Below are positions 11,365 through 21,576 of a DNA stretch of 64,000 bases, piece after piece (position 1 is the stretch's first letter; each line of letters opens with the position of its first letter). The stretch lies in contig CAWGKG010000013.1 of NCBI GenBank assembly GCA_963823035.1, positions 1 to 64,000 on the forward strand, in the 5' to 3' direction. The stretch is from an uncultured Gemmatimonadales bacterium (lineage in GTDB: Bacteria > Gemmatimonadota > Gemmatimonadetes > Longimicrobiales > Gaopeijiaceae). A program made the position numbers and the translations under genes. The notes below the pieces were generated by a model. It was not told the DNA's origin. It made no database searches and saw only the letters and a program-made list of their open reading frames with translations.

Positions 11365-14047
11365 TTACTCGGTGTTGAGCGCCTCGGCGGGGCTCCGGCG
11401 CGTGGCGCGCCAGGCGGGAACGGCCGCCGCCGCCACCGCGACCAGGAGCATCGCCGCGGACACGCCGCCGAACGTCGCCGGGTCCCGGGGCCCGACCTGG
11501 AACAGGATCGTCTCCAGCAGCACGCTGCCGAACCAGGCGCCCGCGGCCCCCAGCACCAGGCCCACGAGCGCCAGGCGCACGGCCCCGACCACCACCGAGC
11601 CCGCAACCTCTCCCGCGCCCGCCCCGAGCGCCCGCCGCAGCGCGATCTCCGGGGTGCGCTGCCCGACGGTGAACGCCAGCACGCCGTAGATCCCCACGCC
11701 CGAGAGCACGAGGGCGAGCAGGCTGAACAGCCCCATGAGGAAGGCGGCGAAACGGGGGGTGGCGGTGAGTCCCGCGTAGGCGTGCTCGAGGGCGTCCGCC
11801 GCGAAGAGCGGGATGGCCGGATCGAGCCCCGCCACCGCCTGCCGCACCTCGGGGAGCACGGAGGCGAGGCCGCCCCGGGCACGGAACGAGACCTCGAGCG
11901 TCCTCGACGGCATCTGCTCGATCGAGAAGAAGACGTCGGGGCTGTTCCGCTCCTCCATCATGTCCTGCGTGAGGTTCCGGTAGCGAACGTTCTCCACCAC
12001 GCCGACGATCTCGGCAAGGTTGTCCGGGTCCGCCGGATTCCCGATCGCGATCGTCCTGCCCACGCCGCCGGGATCGTCCGGGAAGACGCGGTCCACCATC
12101 GCCTGCGTGACGACCACGACGCCCCGTGCGTCCTCGGCATCCTGCTCCTCGAGCGTGCGACCCCGGAGCAGCTCGATGCCCAGGTTCTCGAAGTAGCCGG
12201 GCGTGACGCTGTGCCGGTGGTAGCGGATGCGGTGCTCCACGTCGTCGGGGCGGACCATGATCGCCCCGCTGCTGCGGCCACGGAACGGGAAGTCGGACGA
12301 AGCAGCGACCGACGACACGCCGGGGACCGTCCCGACGCGGCGCACGATCTCGCGCGTGAACTGCCGCAACGCCTCCGCGTCCGGATAGCGCTCCCGCGGC
12401 GGCTGCACGCGGAAGACGTAGACGCCGTCCATGTCCAGTCCGGGATCGACGGCGAGCTGCGCGCGGAAGCTGCGACCGAGGAGCCCCGCGCCCACCAGGA
12501 GCAGCAAGGCGAGCCCCACCTGCACGATCACGAAGCCCTGTTGGGCGCGCGCGCGTCGTCCCGTGACGCCACGCCCCCCCGAGCGGAGCGCGCCCGCCAG
12601 GTCGGCCCGCGCGCCCGAAGCGGCCGGCACGGTCCCGGCGATGATCCCGGCCAGGCCGACCACCACGACCGAGAAGAGAAAGACGCGGAGGCTCAGCCCG
12701 GGCGTCACGAAGTCCGGCAGCACCCCCTGGGGGATCAGCGGCACCACGGCCCGCACCGCGAGCCAGGCGAGCGCCAGCCCGAAGACCCCGCCGACCACCG
12801 CCAGCACCAGGCTCTCGGTGAGGAGTTGCCGGGCGACGCGCGCGCCGTCCGCCCCCACGGCCCGGCGCACAACCAGCTCGCGGGAGCGCGCGTGCGCGCG
12901 CACGAGGAGGAGGTTGGCGACGTTCGCGGAGGCGATGAGGAGCAGGAGGAGGCCGGATCCCACCAGGACCCAGAGCAGCCGGCCCGTCCCGCCCAGGAAT
13001 CCGTCGCGGAACGTCTGGACCTCCGCCCACCGGTCCTGGTTCACGTCCGGATACTCAGCCTGGAGATCGCGGGCGATGGCGTCCATCTCGCTCTGCGCGC
13101 GCGCCGTGTCCGCGCCGGCGGCCAGCCTCCCGACCACGCCGAGGAAGCGCGTGCCGCGGCTGTCGAGGACGTCCGCCGATCCGACCAGCGACATCATGCC
13201 GATGGGCAGCCAGGCGTCGACGTCGGGGCTGATGCCCCGGAACCCCGGCGGCATGACGCCCAGCACGGTGACCGGCCGGTCGTTGAGCTCGATGGTGCGT
13301 CCGACCGCGGCCGGATCGGCCCCGAAGCGGCGGCGCCACAGCCCGTCGGAGATGACCACGAGCGGGTACCCGTCGGGGGTCTCCGCCTCTTCGGGCGTGA
13401 AGGTGCGGCCGAGGGCGGCCTCGCCGTCGAGCAGCTCGAAGAAGTCGCGGCTCACCAGCTCGCCGATGATGCGCTCGGCCTCGCCGTCGCCGCTCAGCGT
13501 GAGACCGTTCGGGTCCACGGCCACCATCGGCGAGATGGTGCGGGAGCGCTCGCGCCAGTCGCGGAACTCCGGGACGGAGGCCATGCGGATCGCCCGCTCC
13601 CCGTCCGCGAGGTGGTAGCCGTTCACGAACACGAGCCTGTCCGCGCCGGGGAACGGCAGCGCCCGCAGGACGGCGGCGTCCAGCACGCTGAAGATCGCCG
13701 TGTTCCCCGCCACGGCCAGCGCGAGCGTCAGCGCCGCGACCACGAAGAAGAGCGGATTGCGCCGGAAGGTCCGGAACGCGTAGGCCACGTCCTGTCTCAC
13801 GTTCTCCATCATCTTCCTCCCCTCCTCACGTCCCGGGCGGGCCTCCCGCCTCATTTCGGATTCGATCCGTTCCACGTCGCCGAACCGCTCCTCCGCGATC
13901 CGGCGTGCCTCGCCGCGCGTATGACCCTCGCGCAACCAGCTCCTCGGTGCGCAGCTCGAGGTAGAGCTCGATCTCCTCGCGGCGCTCGGCGTCTCCGGAG
14001 CGCGTGGCCCCGGGCCTGAGCACACGCCGAAACGGCCAGCGAGGCAC
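11365..14047 (-). CDS. ADOP-type duplicated MacB/FtsX-like ABC permease; one apparent frameshift near 13930
   Basis: N-terminal prefix EEIELYLELRTEEL...EARRIAEERFGD, QDVAYAFRTFRRNP, LLIASANVANLLL, GVGIYGVLAFTVGQRTPEI, AVPAWRATRRSPAEAL. Lies directly after PadR. Confidence 0.88.
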
Positions 14048-14050
14048 GGG

Positions 14051-14383
14051 CTACCGGCCTCCCCCCGACAGGATGGCGGCCACCGCGTCGGAGTATTCCG
14101 CCCAGCGGTCGGCCTCGGCCTTGAGGTGGTCCGCGCCGAGGGCGGTGATGCGGTAGAACTTGGCGCGGCGGCCGGTGTCGGTGCGCCCCCACTCGGACTC
14201 GAGCAGGGCGCGGCGCTCCAGGCGATGGAGCGCGGGATAGAGGGCGCCTTCCTCCACGGCGAGCACGCCCTCGCTGCCGTCACGGATCGCCTTCCCGATC
14301 GCGTAGCCGTGCAGCGGCGCCGCCTCGAGGGTGCGCAGGATCAGGATGTCCAGCGTTCCGGTGAAGAGATCGCTTCCGCTCAC
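14051..14383 (-). CDS. PadR family transcriptional regulator (ADOP-associated type)
   Basis: GTLDILIL, LHGYAI, VEEGALYPALHRLE, GRRAKFYRIT. GTG start. Confidence 0.92.
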   Translation of the reverse strand: MSGSDLFTGTLDILILRTLEAAPLHGYAIGKAIRDGSEGVLAVEEGALYPALHRLERRALLESEWGRTDTGRRAKFYRITALGADHLKAEADRWAEYSDAVAAILSGGGR

Positions 14384-14460
14384 CCGCGTGCCCTCCGGCT
14401 CGGCCCCGATGGATCGGCGTCCCCGACACGGGGCGCCGCGCGAGGCTCCGCCGACGCCTC

Positions 14461-14496
14461 GCTCACTTAGGTATAAAGGCCGATGCCTAAGTGAGC
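14461..14496. promoter_or_regulatory. Perfect 11-bp inverted repeat upstream of padR, putative operator or hairpin
   Basis: GCTCACTTAGG-N14-CCTAAGTGAGC in a locally AT-rich patch. Confidence 0.55.
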
Positions 14497-14561
14497 AAGG
14501 GGTATGCTCCCAGCGGGCGTCGAGCGGCGGTCCCGGCGTGCCGGGCCCCGGCATCGTCAGG

Positions 14562-15074
14562 TCAGGTCGCCGCGGGCTCCAGCACCGCGAGGAGCCGCCG
14601 ACCCTCGATCGTCTTCGAGACGTGCTCGACGCGCGCGATGTCCGACGTGGCCTCGAGCATCTTCTCGAGCTTCGCCACGCCGACCTCGGGGCGGCGCAGC
14701 TCGCGCCCGCGATAGCGCATGACCACGCGCACGATGTTGCCGGCCTTCAGGAACTTGCGGGCGCGCTTGAGCTTGGTGTCGAAGTCGTGGTCCTCGATGC
14801 GGGGGCGAAGCTGCACCTCCTTGACCTCGGTGTGGTGCTGGTTCTTCCGGGCTTCCCGCTTCTTCTTCTGCTCCTGGTAGCGGTGCTTGCCCCAGTCCAT
14901 GAGCCGCACGACGGGGGGACGGGCCGACGGGGCGACCTCGACGAGGTCGAGCTCGCGCTCCTGTGCGGCTTCTCTGGCCTGGCTGAGGGAGACGACGCCG
15001 AGCTGTTCTCCGTCGGCGTCGATGAGTCGGATGGGGCTGATGCGGATCTGGTCGTTGACGCGTGGATCTGAAAT
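14562..15074 (-). CDS. infC: Translation initiation factor IF-3 with ATT start codon
   Basis: RVNDQIRISPIRLIDADGEQLG, LDLVEVAPSARPPV, KEVQLRPRIEDHDFDTK, YRGRE. GGAGG at 15086-15082 lies 7 nt before an in-frame ATT. Confidence 0.93.
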   Translation of the reverse strand: MSDPRVNDQIRISPIRLIDADGEQLGVVSLSQAREAAQERELDLVEVAPSARPPVVRLMDWGKHRYQEQKKKREARKNQHHTEVKEVQLRPRIEDHDFDTKLKRARKFLKAGNIVRVVMRYRGRELRRPEVGVAKLEKMLEATSDIARVEHVSKTIEGRRLLAVLEPAAT

Positions 15075-15231
15075 CTCACCGCCTCCTGTGGGGGTCGGTC
15101 CGGCGCCTTCATGAGGCGCCCGGGTCTGGAATGAGGATACTGTCCCAGACACGACTCTCTTTCTATTGTTCCGGTCCGCCCACTTGGCGGACCTGCCCCG
15201 GACCCTCCCCGGTTCCTTCTGCTGAGGAAAG

Positions 15232-16596
15232 TTGCCCGACGCCAACGACTACATTTCCCGCAATCTCCCGAGCTTCCACGACGACTTCGCGGAGCTCATC
15301 GCCATTCCGAGCATCTCCACCGATCCGGGCCGCGCCCAGGACGTGGGGAAGGCGGCGGGTTGGGTACGCCGGCGCATGCAGCAGGCGGGGCTCGAGGCGA
15401 CGATCGAGCAGACGCCCGGCCACCCCATCGTGGTGGGACGGCATCGAGCCGGCGCGGACGCTCCGACCCTCCTGGTGTACGCGCACTACGACGTCCAGCC
15501 CGCGGATCCGTTGGGGCAATGGTCGTCACCGCCCTTCGAGCTGACCCGCGACGGGGACCGCTTCGTGGCGCGCGGCGCCGCGGACGACAAGGCGCAGGTG
15601 GTGCTCCAGATCGCGGCCGCCGAGGCGGCGATCCGGAGCGGCGGTCTCCCGGTGAACCTCATCCTCCTCTTCGAGGGGGAGGAGGAGGTCGGATCCACGA
15701 ACCTCACGCCCTGGGTGGCGGCGAACCGCGACGCCCTCCGTACCGACCACGCCGTCATCGCCGACTCGATGATGTTCGCGCCGGGCCGTCCCTCGCTGAT
15801 CTTCGGCATGCGCGGCATGGCCTACCTGGAGATCGAGGTGCGCACGGGCGCGCACGACCTGCACTCCGGACAGTACGGCGGCGCGGTGCCGAACCCGGCC
15901 CACGTCCTGGCGCGCATCGTGGCGTCCTTCCACGACGCGGACGGGCGCGTTGCCGTGGACGGCTTCTACGACGACGTCCGCGACATCCCCGCGGCGCTGC
16001 GCGCGGCATGGGGCGAGCTCGGATACGACGAGGACGCCTTCCAGCGCTCCGCGGGAGGCGCCGCGCTGACCGGCGAGCCTGGGTGGGCCACGCACGAGCG
16101 CCTCTGGATCCGCCCCTGCCTGGACGTGAACGGCATGCTATCGGGCTACACCGGCCCGGGAAAGAAGACCGTCCTGCCGGCCGTGGCCACGGCCAAGGTG
16201 AGCTGCCGCCTCGTGCCGGATCAGGACCCGGAGCGCATCGCCGGGCGCCTCGCGGACCACGTCAGGGCGCGCGCGCCCGAAGGCGTCGAGGTCACCGTCC
16301 ACCCGCGCCAGACCAACCGGCCGTGGCGGGCGTCACCCGAAGGGCCGCTCTACCGCGCGGCCTCCGCCGCGCTCGCCGGCGTGTACGGGGTCGAGCCGGT
16401 GAAGGTCGCGCACGGGGGCACGCTGCCGATCGCGCGGGACTTCGCCGACCTGCTCACGCCCAGCGTGGCGGTGATGGGCTTCGCGCTCCCGGGCGCGAAC
16501 ATGCACGCTCCCGACGAGTGGATCGCCGTCGAGCAGCTCGAGAAGGGGATGCGCACGATGGTGGGGCTGTACCGGGAGCTGGCGTCGGGGAACTGA
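15232..16596 (+). CDS. M20-family dipeptidase/deacylase
   Basis: YAHYDVQP, RGAADDK, EGEEEVGS, DLHSG, MHAPDE. TTG start after GAGGAA. Confidence 0.9.
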   Translation: MPDANDYISRNLPSFHDDFAELIAIPSISTDPGRAQDVGKAAGWVRRRMQQAGLEATIEQTPGHPIVVGRHRAGADAPTLLVYAHYDVQPADPLGQWSSPPFELTRDGDRFVARGAADDKAQVVLQIAAAEAAIRSGGLPVNLILLFEGEEEVGSTNLTPWVAANRDALRTDHAVIADSMMFAPGRPSLIFGMRGMAYLEIEVRTGAHDLHSGQYGGAVPNPAHVLARIVASFHDADGRVAVDGFYDDVRDIPAALRAAWGELGYDEDAFQRSAGGAALTGEPGWATHERLWIRPCLDVNGMLSGYTGPGKKTVLPAVATAKVSCRLVPDQDPERIAGRLADHVRARAPEGVEVTVHPRQTNRPWRASPEGPLYRAASAALAGVYGVEPVKVAHGGTLPIARDFADLLTPSVAVMGFALPGANMHAPDEWIAVEQLEKGMRTMVGLYRELASGN

Positions 16597-16678
16597 CCGC
16601 CCCACGCGCTCGGGCGGTGAAGCCTTGCGCGGCGTGCTGCGGGCGAGCTGAGGGGCGCCTACCGAGGGCGGGCCCAGG

Positions 16679-18280
16679 TCAATCCGCGTGCACGGCCGGC
16701 CCGCGACCCCCACGCCTCGCCGTCGGCTTGCCCTCGCGGAAGAGGAGGAGCAGGGGGAGCGCCCCGATCAGCAGCGCCCCGCTGAGCAGGTAGATCTTCT
16801 CGAACGCGAGGACGTTCGCCTGCAGGAGAATCTGCCCGTCGATCGCCTTCAACGCGGCCTGGTGGGCGCTCGCCGCGTCCATCCCGCGGCTCATCATCCC
16901 CGCCTGGATCTGACGCCAGGCGCTGCCTGCGCCATCGGGGAGTACGCCGAGAGCTGCGACGCCAGGATCGAATGCTCCTGGCTCACGAAGCGTGTAAGCA
17001 GCGACGCCATCCCCGCGATGCTGAGCGATCCGCCGAGCTGACGAAAGAAGTTGTTCAGCCCGGTGGCCTGCGACAGGTCGCGCGGGGCGATCTGCAGCAG
17101 CGTCAGGTTGGTGAGCGGCACGAAGATGAGGCCGAGGCCCAACCCTCTCCAGACGAGCGGCCAGAAGAGGTCGGTGGTGCCGGTTTGCGCGGTGATGGTC
17201 GAGAGCTGCCACATCCCCAGCCCGAAGCACACCGAGCCGATCACGATGAGCAGCCGGTTGTCGACCACCGCGCTGAGCCTACCCACCACGCCCATCGACA
17301 CGGCCGAGGCGATCGCGCCCGGCAGGATGATCAGCCCGGTCTGCCAGGCCGTCATGTGCAGCATGCCCTGCAGGAAGATCGGCAGGATGAACACCGAGCC
17401 GAACAGGCCCGCGCCCAGCACGATGCCCATGGCCGAGCCGGCCGTGAACTGGGCCTGCTTGAGCAGGCGCAGGTCGATCGCGGGGTGCTCCGATGCGCAG
17501 CTCGTGCCAGACCAGGAGGATCGCGGCGACCACCGACGCGACGCCGAGTCCGGTCACCAGGTTCGAGTCGAACCAGTCGAGGCGCTCGCCGCGCTCGAGC
17601 ATGAGCTGGACCGCGCCCACCGCGACGATCAGCAGCCCGATGCCGATGCCGTCCACCCGCTTGCTGCGGACCTGCTCGGGGTGGTCGTGCACGTACGCCC
17701 CGATCATCGCCACGGCCAGGATGCCCACCGGCACGTTGATGAAGAAGATCCAGGGCCACGAGTAGTTGTCGGTGATCCACCCGCCGAGCGTCGGCCCGAG
17801 GGTCGGGCCCACCATGACGCCCATGCCGAAGAAGGCCATCCCCGTGCCGACCTCCTCGCGGGGGAAGGACTCCCACAGGATGGCCTGCGAGGTGGAGATG
17901 AGCGCCCCGCCCCCGACGCCCTGCACGATGCGCCAGAGCACGAGCTCGCCGAGCGTGCGCGACGTACCGCACAGGAAGGAGGCGATCGTGAAGAGGACGA
18001 TCGAGCCGATGAAGTACCGCTTGCGCCCGAAGAAGTCCGAGAGCCACCCGGTGAGCGGGATGATGATCGCGGCCGCGATGATGTAGCCGGTGGACACCCA
18101 CGAGATCTCCTCCACCGTGGCGCCCAGGTTCCCCATCATGTGGGGGATGGCGACGTTCACGATCGAGGTGTCGATGACCTGCATCATCGACGCGAGCGAC
18201 ACGGCTGCCGCGATGATGTAGCGGTGCCGGTAGACGCGTTCCTCCGGCGTCTCGTCGCGGTGCGCGGCGGCGGCGCTCAT
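16679..18280 (-). CDS. DHA2 (EmrB/QacA) MFS efflux permease; 2 apparent frameshifts (~17490, ~16930)
   Basis: DTSIVNVAIP, GWLSDFFGRKR, GPTLGPTLGGWITDNYSWPWIFFINVPVG, NFFRQLGGS. Spread over three frames. Confidence 0.88.
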
Positions 18281-18305
18281 GCGTGCCTCGCGTGCTCGGC
18301 CGAGA

Positions 18306-19397
18306 TCAGCGGACGTCGATGTGCGCGACCACGGACATGCCGGGCCGTAGCGGCCGGTCGTCGCCGCATCCTTCCGTGATCGCGACGCGTACCGGGACGC
18401 GCTGCACCACCTTGGTGAAGTTGCCCGTGGCGTTGTCCGGGGGGAGGAGCGCGAACTTCGATCCGGTCGCCGCGCTCATGCTCTCCACCATTCCGCGCGC
18501 GGCGCACCCCGGATACCCGTCGACGTCGAGCTCCACAGGCTGGCCGTCGTGCACGTCGGCGGTCTCGGTCTCCTTCAGGTTGGCCGTCACCCACACGGCG
18601 GAATCCGACACGACGGCGGCGAGCGGCTGCCCGGGCTGCACGAGCTGTCCCACCTCCACCTGCGTCCGGGAGATCGCGCCGGAGACGGGCGAGGTGATGT
18701 GCGCGTAGCTCAGGTCGAGACGCGCCTGCTCGAGCGCGGCGCGCGCGCGGGCGAGCCGGGCGTCGGCGGCCCTGCCGGCCGCGCCGGCGGACACCTCGGA
18801 CGCCCGCGCCGCGGCAACGTCCCGCGACAGGGCCTCGACGTCGGCCTCCGCGGCGGTGGCGGTCGCCTGGGCCGCGTCGAGCTGCTGCCTGGAGGCGATC
18901 TGCTTGCCCGCCAGCTCCTCCACGCGGGCCAGGTCCTTGGCGGCCATGTCGGCGCGCGCGCGCGCCGAGGCGAGACGGGACTCGAGCGCCTGTCGGCGCG
19001 CATGACTCGCGGACGCCTCCGCCTCGACCTGGCCGGGCTGACCGTCCGAGCCCGCGGCCGCGATGGCCCCCGCGAGGTCCGCCTCCGCCTCCGACAGCTT
19101 CACCTGCAGCTCGGCGTCGTCGATGACGACCACGGTGTCGCCGCGCGCGACCGTCTGGTTGTCGGTGACGTGCACCTCCCGGACGTAGCCGCCGACCTTG
19201 GCGATCACCGGCACGATGCGGCCGTCCACCTGCGCGTTGTCCGTGGACACGTGGGCCCGGGCGTAGCTCCACCGCCGCACGCCCCACACGCCCACCACCA
19301 CCGCCGCGATCGCCAGCACCGCGAGCATCACGGTCCTGCGCGTACGGGGTGCCGCGGACGCGACCTTGGGGGCCTGGCTCTCCGACTGTTCGCTCAC
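18306..19397 (-). CDS. HlyD/EmrA-family membrane fusion protein
   Basis: STDNAQVDG, coiled coil, LLPPDNATGNFTKVVQRVPVRV, LRPGMSV. Confidence 0.92.
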   Translation of the reverse strand: MSEQSESQAPKVASAAPRTRRTVMLAVLAIAAVVVGVWGVRRWSYARAHVSTDNAQVDGRIVPVIAKVGGYVREVHVTDNQTVARGDTVVVIDDAELQVKLSEAEADLAGAIAAAGSDGQPGQVEAEASASHARRQALESRLASARARADMAAKDLARVEELAGKQIASRQQLDAAQATATAAEADVEALSRDVAAARASEVSAGAAGRAADARLARARAALEQARLDLSYAHITSPVSGAISRTQVEVGQLVQPGQPLAAVVSDSAVWVTANLKETETADVHDGQPVELDVDGYPGCAARGMVESMSAATGSKFALLPPDNATGNFTKVVQRVPVRVAITEGCGDDRPLRPGMSVVAHIDVR

Positions 19398-19440
19398 GTC
19401 TTCCTCACGGGTTTCCACGTTCGGTTCGAAATCGTCCGGC

Positions 19441-20799
19441 TCACGGGAGCTCGGTCACGGTGCCGGTGGCGGCCGCCAGCGCCACGCGCGCGGCCTGCAG
19501 CGCGGACAGCACGTCCAGGCGGGCCGTGCGGGCCTCGTTCAGCCGCATGGCCGCCCGTACCACGTCGGCGGTGCCGGACACGCCGGCCCGCACGCGATCC
19601 TCCTCCTGGTCGACCTCGAGCTGGGCCAGGCGCAGGCGCTCGTCCGCCGCGTCGGCCTGCTCGCGCGCGGCGCTCAGGTTGAGCAGCGCCTGGCGCACCT
19701 GGAAGGCGACCTCGGCCTCCAGGTCCTCGATGCGGAAGTCCATCTCGTGGATGCGCGCCTCCTCCTCCTGGAGCTGGGCGGAGCGCTTCATCCCGTCGAA
19801 GAGCGGCACGCTCAGACGGAGACCCCACGAGTACGTGTTCAGCATGTGCCCGAAGCGCTTGCCGTAGTATCCCTCGTCGGCCGACAAGCTCAGTCGGGGA
19901 AGGCGCCCCGCCTTCACGGCGGAGAGACCCTCCGTGGCTGCCGTCCGGTAGGCGCGGGCCGTCGCCAGGTCGCTGCGCGCGTCGAGCGCCCGCGCCGTGG
20001 CCTCCGCCTCGGTGACCCTGTCGCTCGACGTCGCCGACTCCAGGTCGTCGACCAGCTCGATGGTGGCGTCGGCGGGAAGGCGGAGGGCCCTGCGGAGCGC
20101 CAGGTCCGCGATGTCCGCCCCGTGCCGCGCGCTGAGCAGCTGCGCCTGGATCGTGACCACCTGGGACTGCGCCCGTGTCACGTCCAATGCGACGGCCACG
20201 CCCGCGTCCAGCTGTCCCTGCGCGACGCCGAGCAACTCGCGCGCGAGGTCGAGGTCCTGCTCACGCGCCACGACCTCGGCACGCGCGCGGATGTCGGCCA
20301 CGTACACGCGGGCCGCGAGCGCCCCCGCCTGGTCCGCCGCGGCCTCCTCCTCCCGCATCGCCGCGTCGGCCCCGGCCTGCGCCGAGCGCCTGCGCCCGAG
20401 CGCCGACAGGTCCAGGAGCGGGAGCTCCGCGCTGGCACGCACGTCCGCGCTCCGCACCGGCCCCACCACCTCGCCGGCGGGATCGAAGAACGGCTCCTGC
20501 CCCGGAGCGGTGGGGAAGTCGAGCCCGAAGGAGGCCGTGTTGAAGGTGCGCGCCCCGCGGAGCACGTTCGCGTCGACCGTGGGGAGCAGGGCCGAGGTGC
20601 TCTGGCGCACCCGGGCCTGGGCACCCTCCACGCGGCTGCGGGCCTCGAGCACCGGGGCGCTGCGCTCGGCCGCGAGACGCGCCGCGTCGCCCAGCGTCAG
20701 GCGGTACGACCCCACGTCCTGCGCACGGGCGCCCCGCCCGCCCGCGAGCGCGCCGAGCGTACCCAGGAGCACCACCGTCCGTCGCATCGATCCGTTCAC
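19441..20799 (-). CDS. TolC-family outer membrane efflux protein
   Basis: Signal peptide, duplicated OEP pattern (ALLPTV, RLPRLSL, LSVPLFDG), and position within the efflux operon. Confidence 0.85.
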   Translation of the reverse strand: MNGSMRRTVVLLGTLGALAGGRGARAQDVGSYRLTLGDAARLAAERSAPVLEARSRVEGAQARVRQSTSALLPTVDANVLRGARTFNTASFGLDFPTAPGQEPFFDPAGEVVGPVRSADVRASAELPLLDLSALGRRRSAQAGADAAMREEEAAADQAGALAARVYVADIRARAEVVAREQDLDLARELLGVAQGQLDAGVAVALDVTRAQSQVVTIQAQLLSARHGADIADLALRRALRLPADATIELVDDLESATSSDRVTEAEATARALDARSDLATARAYRTAATEGLSAVKAGRLPRLSLSADEGYYGKRFGHMLNTYSWGLRLSVPLFDGMKRSAQLQEEEARIHEMDFRIEDLEAEVAFQVRQALLNLSAAREQADAADERLRLAQLEVDQEEDRVRAGVSGTADVVRAAMRLNEARTARLDVLSALQAARVALAAATGTVTELP

Positions 20800-21455
20800 G
20801 CGGCACCTCCCCGCGGCACGTTCCCGTGCGGCAGCAGAGCGCTGAAAAGGAAGTCCTTGATCTCGTTCACGAGCTCCTCGTCGGTTCGCTTCCCCAGGTG
20901 GGGAAAGATCTCCCGCCGGCTGCTCCACACCGCGTGGTGGGCCAGAAGCGCCACGATCATGCGCGCCGCAACCGCGGGATCCACGTCCCGGAAGGCCCCC
21001 GACCGGACGCCCTCGGCCACGATCTCCGCGGACAGCTCGATGGTGCGCCCCGACACCTCCTCCGCGTAGAACCGCGACACCTCCGGGAACTGGTGCAGCT
21101 CCGCCAGCACGAGCCGGTAGAACTGTCCGAAGTCCTTCTGACGGAGGTTGGCCCAGTACGCGTCGATGAAGCGCGTCAGACGGAGGACCGGCTCGCCCGG
21201 AGGGGCCGCCGAAGACAGCCCTTCGAGCGTGCGCCGCACCTTCGCCCGCATCGCCTCCCGGAAGAGCTCCTCCTTCCCGGGGAAGTACAGGTACACGGTG
21301 CCCTTGGAGACACCGGCGCGGGCGGCGATGTCCTCGACGCGCGCCCCGGCGAGACCCTGCTCGGCGAACACCTCGAGGGCGGCGCGCAAGATCTCGTCCG
21401 GGCGTTCGGCGGGACGACGGCGCCAGCGGGGGGCGTTGTCTGCGGGGCAGGTCAC
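20796..21455 (-). CDS. TetR/AcrR family regulator
   Basis: EILRAALEVFAEQGLAGARVEDIAARAGVSKGTVYLYFPGKEELF. Confidence 0.93.
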   Translation of the reverse strand: MTCPADNAPRWRRRPAERPDEILRAALEVFAEQGLAGARVEDIAARAGVSKGTVYLYFPGKEELFREAMRAKVRRTLEGLSSAAPPGEPVLRLTRFIDAYWANLRQKDFGQFYRLVLAELHQFPEVSRFYAEEVSGRTIELSAEIVAEGVRSGAFRDVDPAVAARMIVALLAHHAVWSSRREIFPHLGKRTDEELVNEIKDFLFSALLPHGNVPRGGAA

Positions 21456-21487
21456 AGCTTCGTGCCACGTCCGGCGGGAGGGTATTA

Positions 21488-21511
21488 CTAACTGACCGGT
21501 CGGTAAGTTAG
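21488..21511. promoter_or_regulatory. 24-bp near-palindrome, putative TetR operator
   Basis: CTAACTGACCGGTCGGTAAGTTAG matches its reverse complement at 20 of 24 positions and lies about 33 nt upstream of the tetR start. Confidence 0.7.
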
Positions 21512-21576
21512 ACGATCCGCAGGCCGACGTCAACGGTCCCGGCGTGGCTCCGCATGGACGAGGTTGGGCGAGCGTC

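Noticed and set aside
10046..13030. 994-aa ORF with a long N-terminal extension on the dehydrogenase
   Set aside because: The extension is an off-frame read of the permease. The real start is at 11164.
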